Source: Nitrospirota bacterium (GTDB taxonomy: Bacteria > Nitrospirota > UBA9217). Taken from it: a stretch of 64,000 nt of DNA. The position numbers and the translations under genes were made by a program. This document shows positions 44,776 through 54,482 of the stretch, in pieces; position 1 is the stretch's first letter, and each line of letters begins with the position of its first letter. The stretch is from assembly GCA_963845065.1 (NCBI GenBank), contig CAWJQQ010000005.1, positions 128,001 to 192,000 of the forward strand, given 5' to 3'. The notes under the pieces were generated by a model. It did not search any database and was not told the origin of the DNA. It saw nothing but the letters and a program-made list of their open reading frames with translations.

Positions 44776-44845
44776 AGCATCTCCCTCCGAATAATTAATT
44801 GACATGCCGACGATGCGTCAGCTTCTCACGCATTGCGTCATTGAA

Positions 44846-45175
44846 TCATACCGTGATACTATGGATTGTTCGTTTGAACTCCTCGAGGTCAAAAGGTGCG
44901 TCGACGGCCAAATATGGGCTATCGTTCATGCCACCTCCTACGTATACTATGGGCAGGTCGGGTTCCACGGACTTTATGATTTGCACTGCATCCTCCGTGG
45001 AAAGACCAAATGGTTCTGAGTCGATGATGATGAGATCATACGAGCCGAAAATTACCTTCTGCACGGCCAGTGCCGGGCGTTCGACGGTTTCTACGTCATG
45101 TCCGTCATCTCTCAGCATACCGTAGAGGCTTTTGACCAGAATAGGATTAGAGGAGCATAGAAGGATGTTTTTCAT
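44846..45175 (-). CDS. Atypical single-domain receiver protein
   Basis: Receiver-like pattern (YDLIIID, PDLPIV) but lacks the N-terminal acidic pair and the conserved Lys (APFD instead of KPF). Confidence 0.65.
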   Translation of the reverse strand: MKNILLCSSNPILVKSLYGMLRDDGHDVETVERPALAVQKVIFGSYDLIIIDSEPFGLSTEDAVQIIKSVEPDLPIVYVGGGMNDSPYLAVDAPFDLEEFKRTIHSITV

Positions 45176-45190
45176 GACAGTGCTATTTAA

Positions 45191-45206
45191 TGCATTTACA
45201 ATGCCA
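45191..45206 (-). promoter_or_regulatory. Sigma54 promoter for the methyltransferase operon
   Basis: Minus strand TGGCAT-TGTAA-ATGCA, with -24 GG and -12 GC at the correct spacing. Confidence 0.6.
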
Positions 45207-45419
45207 TAAATTAACTGATTTTTTATTATAATCAGCCTCTGTTCCTTCAAAATATGCCGAGCGGGAGGCACCTGCAGGGAGAGGTTGCAATTATCCAAAA
45301 ACACTAACATTTTTGATTTACATAGGGACTCTGCTCAAAGGATAAGTAATTTGTAAAGCGATGAGGATATCATTTTATTTGTGCTACGAGGAGTAAATTT
45401 TTTTTCTTTTAATTCTGGA

Positions 45420-45460
45420 TGGAGGAAAAATTCCCCAACCGACGTGGAATTTTGCCCCAC
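45420..45460. promoter_or_regulatory. Candidate tandem enhancer (bEBP binding) sites
   Basis: Two related imperfect palindromes, TGGAGGAAAAATTCCCCA and GTGGAATTTTGCCCCAC, between divergent sigma54 promoters. Confidence 0.5.
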
Positions 45461-45600
45461 CTTCCGGAACGCAACGCCAAGAACTGATTGTGAGGATTAT
45501 ACAAACTTTGATACTCGATTGAACGGATGTGTGCCAATAGTGTAACAGTTAGCGAGTATAGAAATTATAATTCGCGATGAGATATTTTGGATTATAATCA

Positions 45601-45616
45601 TGGCATCAACATTGCT
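45601..45616 (+). promoter_or_regulatory. Sigma54 promoter for the cobW-like gene
   Basis: TGGCAT-CAACA-TTGCT. Confidence 0.7.
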
Positions 45617-45671
45617 ATGGATTTATTGAGAAAGTATAGGGAGCAGGCGGAGCTGTTGAAAGGGATTGATC

Positions 45672-46260
45672 GTGAAAACAACGGTTGTATGTGGGCTTTT
45701 AGGTGCGGGAAAAACGACGTTCATCAGGAATTTCTTAAAGCATGAATCAGTGAAGACCGTTGTATTGGTGAACGATTTTGGCACGGCTGGGATTGACGGA
45801 GAAATCTTTTCCGCAGGCGGCCTCGAATCAGTGGAACTGCCGAGCGGCTGCGTATGCTGTACACTCAAGTTCGACCTCATCACGACGATCAAGAAGATCA
45901 TCCGTAAATTCGTGCCAGAGCATCTCGTGATCGAACCGAGCGGCGTGGCGTCACCCTCGGGTGTACTTGAAGCGCTTGAAAGTACTGGTATCAAGGTCGT
46001 GACTGTTGTAGGCATAATCGATGCTGTGGAATTCACCGAGCTCCTCAAATCTGGCATGTACGGGAGCTTCTTCGAATCTCCGCGTTTACCTTGCTACTAT
46101 GACCATCAGGCCGCAGCGGATTGGTGATGTAGTTAGCTTTTACCAGAGGGCTGGGACATCTGGCCGAGGGGAAATATGGAACTGTGGTGAGGGCAAAGGC
46201 CCTTGGCCCCGGACGGATCAAGGGCCTTATTGACTCGATATCGTGTACGGGAAAATGGAC
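45672..46260 (+). pseudogene. CobW/COG0523 metal-chaperone GTPase pseudogene
   Basis: GLLGAGKTT, VNDFG, GCVCC, IEPSG are intact; the frame breaks near 46075; a CobW_C remnant LAEGKYGTVVRAKAL lies in another frame. Confidence 0.8.
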
Positions 46261-46261
46261 T

Positions 46262-46669
46262 GTATGGCACCGGCGCTGCGATCGAGATTGGCAAGTGAGG
46301 TAATGCGGACGTTGTCTTTGTGCGTGCAACGGAATAGAAGCTCAAGGCTTTGGGAGAAAGGCGCATTTGTGAATCGCCATGATGTGATATACAATGACTT
46401 CGTCATCAGTGGTCTGGGTGGGCGTTGAATCGGCGCAACAAAAATGATATCTCGATGCCAGCCAAGGCATGGAAAAAACGCAGCTCATTACCCATGAGAC
46501 GCGCGCACAGTACGGAGTGATGACCGAGAACCCGGAAAAGTTCAAGATTGTGAAATACAAAAACGCTATGAAGTTTGTGAACTTGCTTATCTCCAAAGAC
46601 GGATAGCAAGCCATTGCCGCGTTTAAGGATTCCAACGATAATCAGCTCTTCACGCCGAATGCAAAGTAA
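46262..46669 (+). pseudogene. TupA-like tungstate-binding protein pseudogene
   Basis: Fragments GTGAAIEIGK*GNADVVFV, FVNRHDVIYNDFVI, SQGMEKTQ and QYGVM..NPEKF..VKY..AMKFV...IS.DG*QAIAAF..QLFTPNA* with stops and deletions; they align by eye with the intact paralog at 47460-48239. Confidence 0.8.
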
Positions 46670-46875
46670 CGAGTCAAAATCAAAAAAGAGTAGAGCACTG
46701 GTGAGCCCGTCCTGATGTACTCTACTCCTGATTATCTCGTGCCTGGCCTCGTTGCCGTCAGGAGAATGACCGACGGATTCCCCAATTCATCTAAAGGAAA
46801 AAAACAATAACCATATTTAATAACGCTGTGATACATGAGATAATTTATATCACTGGTTTTGGTTTTAGTGATTAT

Positions 46876-46891
46876 TGGCAACGCATTTGCT
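46876..46891 (+). promoter_or_regulatory. Orphan sigma54 promoter motif
   Basis: TGGCAA-CGCAT-TTGCT with no credible downstream gene. Confidence 0.5.
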
Positions 46892-47459
46892 GTTTTCCCG
46901 AGACGCGCATCCGCATGGCTTTTACCACAAGCACGCAGAATTCCGGTCTTTTGACTATTTACTACCGAACTTCGAGAAAAAGTCAGGAATAAAATTCGAC
47001 GTTGATGTACCTAGGTTACTTGTATAAGTGGCGCAGTTGTGATGAGGTTAAATTGTTAAATATTCGCTTAAGCCAATGCGGGTGAATTTCTTTTTGCACC
47101 TTGCTCAAAAACGGTATACAAAGCACCACTTGGTTTGGTACTCGCTTTTTCCGAACCTCCAGCTCCTTCACATGGTGCCCGAAAGGATCTTTGCATGCAT
47201 GCAGACAAGATTGTTATTTACCGGTCTTAGCTATCCTCAAGGTATGTCCCGCCCGTGCACCGGTATGCTCAGCGATGATCAGAGTGTTTTTCTTAAAAAA
47301 CTCTTCCATTTCGGCGACAATGTATGCGCCAGAGATGGATAGTGGTGTCCAGCATAATCTTTCATAGGGCAAATAATTCTACGCAATGAGCAGGGGACCC
47401 GACAAGAAAACCAGAAACATAACACGAAATGACCACATACAGCTCAATCGATATATGTT

Positions 47460-48239
47460 TTATCCTTTTTTCCGCCGCGTTGAGGACGCGGCAAACAGAA
47501 TGGCATCGGGATTAAAAAGACGAACGCCATGTTTCGTATATTTGGCAATAATGCCCTGGCCATCGGGCGATGTTACGAATGCGATGAAATCCATTGCTTC
47601 GCGGTATCGTACATTTGGAAAACGGTCAGGGTTGACGGCGATCACGCTGTAGAGGTTCTTGAGCGCCGGGTCGCCCTGGAGCAGCAACTTCAAATCGAGA
47701 TCCTTTTCGTATTTCAGGTATGTGCCGATGTCTGTAAGCGTGTAGGCTTTCTTCTGGTCAGCTATGAGGAGAGTATCGCCCATTTTGTCACCGGTCTCAA
47801 AATACCATCCCTTTCCCTTTGGACTAATCCCAGCATCGTCCCATAGGTCCAGTTCCCTGATGTTTGTGCCTGAATCGTCTCCGCGGGACACGAAGGGAGA
47901 GCCCGTTTCTGCTACGAGTTCGAGTGCTTCGACGGCCGATTTTGTGGTTTTAACCCGCGCTGGATCCTTCGCGGGTCCCGCGATGACGAAAGCATTATGC
48001 ATGACCGAACGCCGGTTCACACCGTAGCCCTCGGTAACAAACTTTTCCTCGCGAAAGGGATCATGAACAAAGAGAAGATCCGCCTCGCCCTTTTTTGCAA
48101 TACGGATCGCGTTACCAGTTCCGACGGATATAACTTCAATGGTTACGTTGTATCTGCTGGATTTCTCATAGGCGGGTATGAGAATGTCAAAGAGGCCGGA
48201 GTTGTGAGTGCTGGTCGTCGACGCAATAACTAGTTTCAT
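47460..48239 (-). CDS. TupA-like tungstate-binding protein lacking a signal peptide
   Basis: STTST..SGL, VGTGNA, FVSRGDDSGT, NLYSVIAVNP. Confidence 0.88.
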   Translation of the reverse strand: MKLVIASTTSTHNSGLFDILIPAYEKSSRYNVTIEVISVGTGNAIRIAKKGEADLLFVHDPFREEKFVTEGYGVNRRSVMHNAFVIAGPAKDPARVKTTKSAVEALELVAETGSPFVSRGDDSGTNIRELDLWDDAGISPKGKGWYFETGDKMGDTLLIADQKKAYTLTDIGTYLKYEKDLDLKLLLQGDPALKNLYSVIAVNPDRFPNVRYREAMDFIAFVTSPDGQGIIAKYTKHGVRLFNPDAILFAASSTRRKKG

Positions 48240-48553
48240 GTTTATGTGCCCCCTTTCAATTCATGATTATTTATCTTACCTGGAAGTGGGCGCTTTTCAA
48301 AATTCATTTTTATCATAGATTGTATACATTCTGCGCATAATTCGTATCTATCGAGCGGCGACGAATGTCCGCTTTTATGCCTATTTTTCGCCACTTCCTT
48401 ATGTTCCCGAAGTGTACAGTCCTGCTGCCGTGTAGACATTCTGTAGCAAATAAAGGCGGAGGGTCTAATGTAGTACTTGAAAAGTCTATTTGAAGTTGTA
48501 ATTCTGTGTTATATTGAATTATAATAATTTTTTCCAAACAAGCATGAATTACT

Positions 48554-49465
48554 ATGGAAGACCACAGACTAAAATCTTATTGTCTCGTTGTCGAAGCCAA
48601 GAGCTTTTCCCGGGCCGCACAGTCAAAACACATGACCCAGTCCGCTATGAGTCGGCTCGTGAAAAATCTCGAGAACGATCTTGGCGTGAAGCTTTTGCAT
48701 CGAGAAGGTAAAGCCGTCGTACCTACGCTCGAGGGCCGGCTCTTCTATGAGCAGGCAAAAAAGATTCTCGAGGAGTATGCAAAGATCGAGCAGGACATCA
48801 TTGCAGCAACAGGGGCGGCAAAAGCATTGTTGCGTTTGGGAGCAAATGCTATCCCCGCGCTATATTTGCTCCCTCAGGTGATATACAATTTTTCCAAGGC
48901 CCATTCCGGGATTCGCATTGACCTCTCAGTGTCCGGGACCGAATCCATTCTTCGCGATTTGCACGACAAGAGAATTGATTTGGGAATTATGGAGGAAAAT
49001 GTGACGGACCAGGCGGTCTCACAGGAGGCCATTACGGAGGACGAGATCGTCCTTATCGCCCCTGAGGACCATCACTTGGCAAAGAAAAAAACTGTCACGA
49101 TCCAGAATTTATCGTCCGAGACCTTCATCCTACCAGAGCGGGGCAACGGTACTCGCGAGCAGATCGATACATTCTTGCATGATGCAGGGATTGATGCGAG
49201 AAGGCTCAAGATTGGCATGACTCTCGGCAGCCCTGAATTGATCGTGCAGATGGTACAGGCTGGACTTGGAATTGCGTTCGCTTCAAAATGGTCGGTGTTT
49301 AAAGCAGTTAAAGAAGGAACTGTGAGGCAGCTGCGAATGACTGGTAAAAAGATGAAACGGAATTTTTACCTCATCGGCATGATGAGCACCGGTGTAACCA
49401 CCGCGAACACGGCCACAGCGTTTCGGGAGTTCATGAAGCAGTATCGTTTCTTCGTCCCTTTCTAG
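48554..49465 (+). CDS. LysR-family regulator (CysL-like)
   Basis: HTH SFSRAA...MTQSAMS..VKNLE..LGVKL; PERGNGTR. Confidence 0.92.
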   Translation: MEDHRLKSYCLVVEAKSFSRAAQSKHMTQSAMSRLVKNLENDLGVKLLHREGKAVVPTLEGRLFYEQAKKILEEYAKIEQDIIAATGAAKALLRLGANAIPALYLLPQVIYNFSKAHSGIRIDLSVSGTESILRDLHDKRIDLGIMEENVTDQAVSQEAITEDEIVLIAPEDHHLAKKKTVTIQNLSSETFILPERGNGTREQIDTFLHDAGIDARRLKIGMTLGSPELIVQMVQAGLGIAFASKWSVFKAVKEGTVRQLRMTGKKMKRNFYLIGMMSTGVTTANTATAFREFMKQYRFFVPF

Positions 49466-49471
49466 AGGAAT

Positions 49472-50803
49472 TCAGTTGATCCCGTATTTTTTCAGCTTAA
49501 GGTAGAGCGTCTTGCGATCGATGCCGAGGAGCTGGCTCGCTTTCGATTGGTTGTTGCCCGCCTCCTTGAGCACCCTAAGGATGTAGTTCTTTTCCATTTC
49601 CTCTAGTGAGGGATTGACGTTCATGTCGGCGACCGCAGCGTAAGAAGAAATGGATAAGTCTTCAGCACCAATCCTGCCCGATTCGCACAGGATTACCGCC
49701 CGCTCGATGACGTTCTCGAGCTCCCGCACGTTGCCCGGCCAGTTGTATCCCGTGAGCAGATCCAGGGCTTCTGAAGTGAATTCATTGATGGATTTGGACA
49801 GCTTTTTCGAATATTTTCCTAAAAAATGGCGCGCCAGTTCGACGATATCTTCCTTCCGCTCCCTGAGCGGTGGGATTGTCACGTTAATCACGTTCAGCCG
49901 ATAATAGAGGTCCTCCCTAAAGTGACTCGCCTTGATCAGACCCAAAAGGTCCCTGTTAGTTGCTGCGATCATACGAACATCCACGCGCAGCGTCTTGTTC
50001 CCGCCCACTCTTCGAAACTCGCCGGAATCGAGGAAGCGCAGCAACTTCGCCTGTAGCCCAATAGGCATCTCGCTGATTTCGTCGAGAAAGAGTGTGCCCT
50101 TGTCCGCCACTTCTACAAGGCCATGTTTTGCCTGATAGGCGCTGGTAAATGCGCCCTTTTCGTGGCCGAAGATCTCGGATTCGATGAGGTTCTCCGACAG
50201 AGTTGCGCAGTTCAGGGGAATGAACGGTGCGTTCTTCCGTATGCTGTGGTGCCAGACCGTATTCGCGACGAGTTCCTTGCCGGTGCCGCTTTCGCCCTGG
50301 ATGAATACGGGCGAGTCTGTAGGCGCTACTTTTTGTATCATTGCCAGGATGTCCTGGAGCTGCCTGCTTTTACAGATGAATTCAAAAGGGGATTCTTTCC
50401 TGACCAATTCCTGTTCCAGGAGCTTGCTCTTAACGGCAAGGCGGCAGAACTCGTAGGCCCGGTCTATGACGATAATCAGTTCATCGAGCTTGTAGGGTTT
50501 GGTTAGATAATCGTAGGCTCCGTTTTTCATGGCCTCAACCGCAGTCTCCACCGTTGCCTTTCCTGTGAGGACGATGACCGCCGGCGCCCCGGAGTCCTCT
50601 TTCATTTTTTTCATGAGCGAGATGCCGTCGACACCGGGCATAACAACGTCGAGGAGGATGATGTCGAACGAACAGTCATGCAAAAGGCGTAATGCCTCAC
50701 CGCCATCGTGCGCTACTTGAACAGCGTACCCTTTTCTGGAAAGTTCTTTGTTCAGGAGCCGTCTAAACGGTTCTTCATCGTCAACAACGAGAATATTTAT
50801 CAT
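49472..50803 (-). CDS. Sigma54-dependent NtrC-family response regulator
   Basis: Receiver VVDDE..LLDVVMP, GESGTGKE, GAFTSA, FLDEI, WPGNVREL, Fis-type HTH. Confidence 0.93.
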   Translation of the reverse strand: MINILVVDDEEPFRRLLNKELSRKGYAVQVAHDGGEALRLLHDCSFDIILLDVVMPGVDGISLMKKMKEDSGAPAVIVLTGKATVETAVEAMKNGAYDYLTKPYKLDELIIVIDRAYEFCRLAVKSKLLEQELVRKESPFEFICKSRQLQDILAMIQKVAPTDSPVFIQGESGTGKELVANTVWHHSIRKNAPFIPLNCATLSENLIESEIFGHEKGAFTSAYQAKHGLVEVADKGTLFLDEISEMPIGLQAKLLRFLDSGEFRRVGGNKTLRVDVRMIAATNRDLLGLIKASHFREDLYYRLNVINVTIPPLRERKEDIVELARHFLGKYSKKLSKSINEFTSEALDLLTGYNWPGNVRELENVIERAVILCESGRIGAEDLSISSYAAVADMNVNPSLEEMEKNYILRVLKEAGNNQSKASQLLGIDRKTLYLKLKKYGIN

Positions 50804-50907
50804 AATTAAAAATGATGACTTCAATAAAATATAATATTAGATAACGCGGAGAAAACAATTCATCATTATGATGGTTGCCTCTGCGATATCTGCGGCAGTC
50901 ATGGATA

Positions 50908-52932
50908 TTACTCACGGCAAGTAATCGCAGGCAACGTGATGATGAACGTCGTACCTTTTCCGGGCGTGCTCTCTACATCGATGACGCCGCTGTGCTCCTC
51001 GACGATCCTGTGACTGATGGTAAGACCGAGTCCCGTACCTTCGCCTACGGGCCTGGTGGTAAAGAAAGGGTCGAATATTTTATCAATCAAGTCTTCAGGG
51101 ATTCCGCTTCCTGTGTCTGCGACAGAAAGCCGGACCCGGCTTGAACAATCGCTTGTTCTCGCTTCCTCCTTCGCATCGTCATGCTCCGTTTTAATGAAGA
51201 TACTTCCCCCCTCTGGCGTGAAGTAAATGGCATTCAAGAGAAGATTCATCAACAACTGCCGAAGACTGCCTGCATCGGCATAGATCTTCGGGACCTCTCG
51301 ATTCAAATCGAGTTCTAGTGTATGTTTCAACTTCGCCGTACGGTGTTTGAGCAAAAGAAGCACTTCCTTGATGAGCTCGTTGATGTCGATCTCGCGGAAA
51401 GTACCACCCGAGGGACGGGCAAATTCGAGCAGGCTCTTGAGGATGCCTTTGCACCGGAAGATCTCGCTGTGAATGGTCTTGAGATATTCAGGAAAGTCTT
51501 CGAACTCCGGCATGCCGTTAAAGACCGTGACGGTTGCCCGATCGAGCAGAGCTTCAGAGTAGCCCGCGATGATACCGAGCGGATTATTGATCTCATGAGC
51601 GATGCCCGCCACGAGCGTGCCAAGGGATGCAAGCTTATCCGTCCTTATGAGTTGCTGCTCGATGCGTTTCTGAGCTGTCACGTCCTTGAGATAATGGACG
51701 ATAGCGTAAAGCCGTCCTTCTTCGTCGATGAGGGGATAGGCCCAAAAATGAAATATACTGCCTCCCAAGTTTTTCAGTTCCTGGAATGACGGTCTCTTGC
51801 AAGCGAGTGTTTCGGAACAGAGACATCCGCTGGTGAGCGTGATGCCAATCCTGTCGAGCAGCGCTGCGCATGTTTTATCCATGATCTCAGTCTTGGAATA
51901 GCCAGTCCTTGCCAGGAGAGCATGGTTTGCACGGATCACCTTCTGCCTGCCATCTTCGATCCAAACCATGTCGGTGATGGCGTCGAAGGTTCTTTCCCAC
52001 TCTTTTTTTTCCTTCGAGATCTCTTCGAACAAAAGCGCGTTTTCTAGGGCGATGGCAATGTGTTTGGCCACCGGAAGGAGTATCTCGAAATCTTTCTCGG
52101 TGTACTGCGAGGGAGCGGTACTGTCGAAGTTGAACACGCCGAGCATCCGGTCGTGGAACAGAGGGATGCTGATCGTCGAGCGGATACCCTCGTACAGGAG
52201 CTTCCTGTCCAGTGGGAATGCCGTTTCTGTAAGATCGTAGCTGATCCAGGGTTTGTTGTTCCGGACCACCCATCCCGCACTCGTTCCTTCGTTCGGCGCG
52301 ATGACGCCTTTTTTCATTATAGTCTTCATCTCAGTGTCGAGCGCGAAGATCGTCAGGTTGTCATCCTTTTCATTATACAGCAGCAGACTCGCCCTGCTAT
52401 AGTCGATTATCTTCCGAAGTTCGGATACGACCATCCGAAAGATTGTTCCGATGCTCAGGCTCGAATTGATGATGCTGCTCAACTCGTTGATCAAATCAAC
52501 CTGGGTCGCCTTTTCCTGTAAGGGGAAACCGTAGCTAGTGGGATTGCTGTTGCGTACTAGGGCGTTTCGGACCACGATGATCATCCGGTCTAGATGCTGC
52601 TGCTTGTTCGGGATGACAGCAATCTGTGCTGTTAGAGGGCTGCCGTTTTTTCTGAAGCAGAATGCGCGAAGCGACGATAATTCTCTATTCCGGGCCGCAT
52701 CGATAAGCGAGGAAAAACCAGTTGCTTCACGCTCCCGGAGGATATTGTCAAGGGAAAGAAATTTCTCAAGGTTTCTGCCAATGACCTCTGCCCGGCTATA
52801 TTCGAAGACCTCACGCACGTGGTCATTGCAGGACAGGATAGTCCATCTATTGTCTACAATAAAAGCGGGCATATTCAGGACATCAAGCGTTCTAAGAAGC
52901 TCGGAACTATCCTTATCCAGCGTGATTTTCAT
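50908..52932 (-). CDS. Cytoplasmic PAS-GAF-PAS sensor histidine kinase
   Basis: AHEINNPL H-box, NLLLNA, DTGSG, FDPFFTT, GTGLGL; no obvious transmembrane segment. Confidence 0.92.
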   Translation of the reverse strand: MKITLDKDSSELLRTLDVLNMPAFIVDNRWTILSCNDHVREVFEYSRAEVIGRNLEKFLSLDNILREREATGFSSLIDAARNRELSSLRAFCFRKNGSPLTAQIAVIPNKQQHLDRMIIVVRNALVRNSNPTSYGFPLQEKATQVDLINELSSIINSSLSIGTIFRMVVSELRKIIDYSRASLLLYNEKDDNLTIFALDTEMKTIMKKGVIAPNEGTSAGWVVRNNKPWISYDLTETAFPLDRKLLYEGIRSTISIPLFHDRMLGVFNFDSTAPSQYTEKDFEILLPVAKHIAIALENALLFEEISKEKKEWERTFDAITDMVWIEDGRQKVIRANHALLARTGYSKTEIMDKTCAALLDRIGITLTSGCLCSETLACKRPSFQELKNLGGSIFHFWAYPLIDEEGRLYAIVHYLKDVTAQKRIEQQLIRTDKLASLGTLVAGIAHEINNPLGIIAGYSEALLDRATVTVFNGMPEFEDFPEYLKTIHSEIFRCKGILKSLLEFARPSGGTFREIDINELIKEVLLLLKHRTAKLKHTLELDLNREVPKIYADAGSLRQLLMNLLLNAIYFTPEGGSIFIKTEHDDAKEEARTSDCSSRVRLSVADTGSGIPEDLIDKIFDPFFTTRPVGEGTGLGLTISHRIVEEHSGVIDVESTPGKGTTFIITLPAITCRE

Positions 52933-53069
52933 ATAAATATATTAACATACTGCAATGTCTCCAGCAACAGGAAAGGAGATACTTTCAGTGGTAGGCTTGA
53001 CTCGGAGAATGATCAAGACTAATATTAACTTATTACTTTTTATTTTACGTTATGGGAGCAGTTTAAACA

Positions 53070-54014
53070 ATGAAAATCAGGATCGGACATCTTTCCACGT
53101 TCTATCACACGGCAGTGCTGTTGATGGCCCAGCAAACCGCCGATGAGCGTTTGGGGGCCGAGGTCGAATGGAAGCTCATGGGCACGGGCCCGGCGATAAT
53201 GGCAGCATTCCGACGCGGCGATCTTGATATGGCCTACATAGGGCTGCCTCCGGCAATCATCGGCATAAGCCAGGACATCAAGGTTGTCTGCGTAGCAGGG
53301 GGACACGTGGAAGGCACGGTCCTGGCAGGAAAACCTCAATGGAAGGCATTCCCCGAGGCTGCAGACTTGAGCACAGTACTGGGACAGTTCCGTGGACACA
53401 AAATCGGTGTGCCGGGTAAGGGTTCCATTCATGACGTCATTCTGAAAAACTGTATCGAACAGCAGGGTCTCAAACGCGAGATAGAGATAGTGAACTTTCC
53501 GTGGGCTGACCTCGTGACAGAGGCTGTGGCCAAAAATGAGGTCGCTGCTGCCATGGGGACGCCGGCACTTGCCATCGCGATCAATCGCTTTACCGGCGGC
53601 AAAGTGCTGTATCCCTCGTCAAAACTCTGGCCCAACAATCCGAGTTATGGGATCGTTACAGATAATGGTTTTTTGGAGCGGGAGCGAGAGCGGGTGGAGA
53701 AGTTCCTTTTTCTTCATGAAGAGGCCACGGCGTTTATTAGAAAAGAGCCGGCAAAGGCAGCACGGGTAATTGCGGATTTTGTCTCCATTGTAGAGGAGGA
53801 CTTTGTCCTAGACACATTCATGATTTCGCCGAAATACTGCGCAAAGCTTACCGAGGGTTATATCGCTGCGACCATGAAGTTCATACCGGTACTGAAACAG
53901 TTGGGATATCTTCAAAAAGAAGTTCCACAGGAGAGGATCTTTTCCTGTGATCTTATTGATAGAATTCATCCCGGGCCGGACCATTATGGCGACGGAATCA
54001 ATATCGCCGGATGA
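53070..54014 (+). CDS. SsuA/NMT1-like substrate-binding-fold protein with no signal peptide
   Basis: IRIGHL, GPAIM.AF..G.LDMAYIG.PP, IGVPGKGSIHD. Confidence 0.75.
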   Translation: MKIRIGHLSTFYHTAVLLMAQQTADERLGAEVEWKLMGTGPAIMAAFRRGDLDMAYIGLPPAIIGISQDIKVVCVAGGHVEGTVLAGKPQWKAFPEAADLSTVLGQFRGHKIGVPGKGSIHDVILKNCIEQQGLKREIEIVNFPWADLVTEAVAKNEVAAAMGTPALAIAINRFTGGKVLYPSSKLWPNNPSYGIVTDNGFLERERERVEKFLFLHEEATAFIRKEPAKAARVIADFVSIVEEDFVLDTFMISPKYCAKLTEGYIAATMKFIPVLKQLGYLQKEVPQERIFSCDLIDRIHPGPDHYGDGINIAG

Positions 54015-54023
54015 TGTGATGGC

Positions 54024-54329
54024 TCAGCTGGTGGTGTAATCAACGACAGACCTTCGTTCCCTCACCGTGCCGATAAATTCAGCGACTTTCAGGTGATCAG
54101 GGTGTTTTTGGTATGTTTCGAGGTCTTTCTCGTTTTCGAATTCGGAATAGAGCACAACATCATAGGATCCTTCTGAAGGAATACTATTCAAGCCGACTTC
54201 GATATGCTTGATCTGCGGAATTTTGCTCTTCAGTGCTTCGAGATCGTTCTTCATTTTTTTGGCATTCTGAATCCGGTCTCCACATACTGCAACTTCCTTA
54301 AGCTTCCACATGACAATATGCTTGATCAT
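54024..54329 (-). CDS. Dabb (stress-responsive A/B barrel) protein
   Basis: MIKHIVMWK, Y..HPDH, VVDY. Confidence 0.9.
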   Translation of the reverse strand: MIKHIVMWKLKEVAVCGDRIQNAKKMKNDLEALKSKIPQIKHIEVGLNSIPSEGSYDVVLYSEFENEKDLETYQKHPDHLKVAEFIGTVRERRSVVDYTTS

Positions 54330-54482
54330 AATTACCCTCCTTCGAGTTAATACAGTATACAGAGCAACGTTTTTTCAGTTGAACTCCTTTTCCATACTTT
54401 GTATGATAGCGACTAGTATACGATCTACATCAAATACGCTTTAACACGATAATACATAGAGAATTGAAAAAGGGCAAGTAAT

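Noticed and set aside
32285..45175. Interpreting the cluster as methanogenesis or as archaeal contamination
   Set aside because: No mcr genes or other mtr subunits; bacterial SD sequences and sigma54 promoters; contiguous with bacterial origin genes (chimerism still needs a read check)
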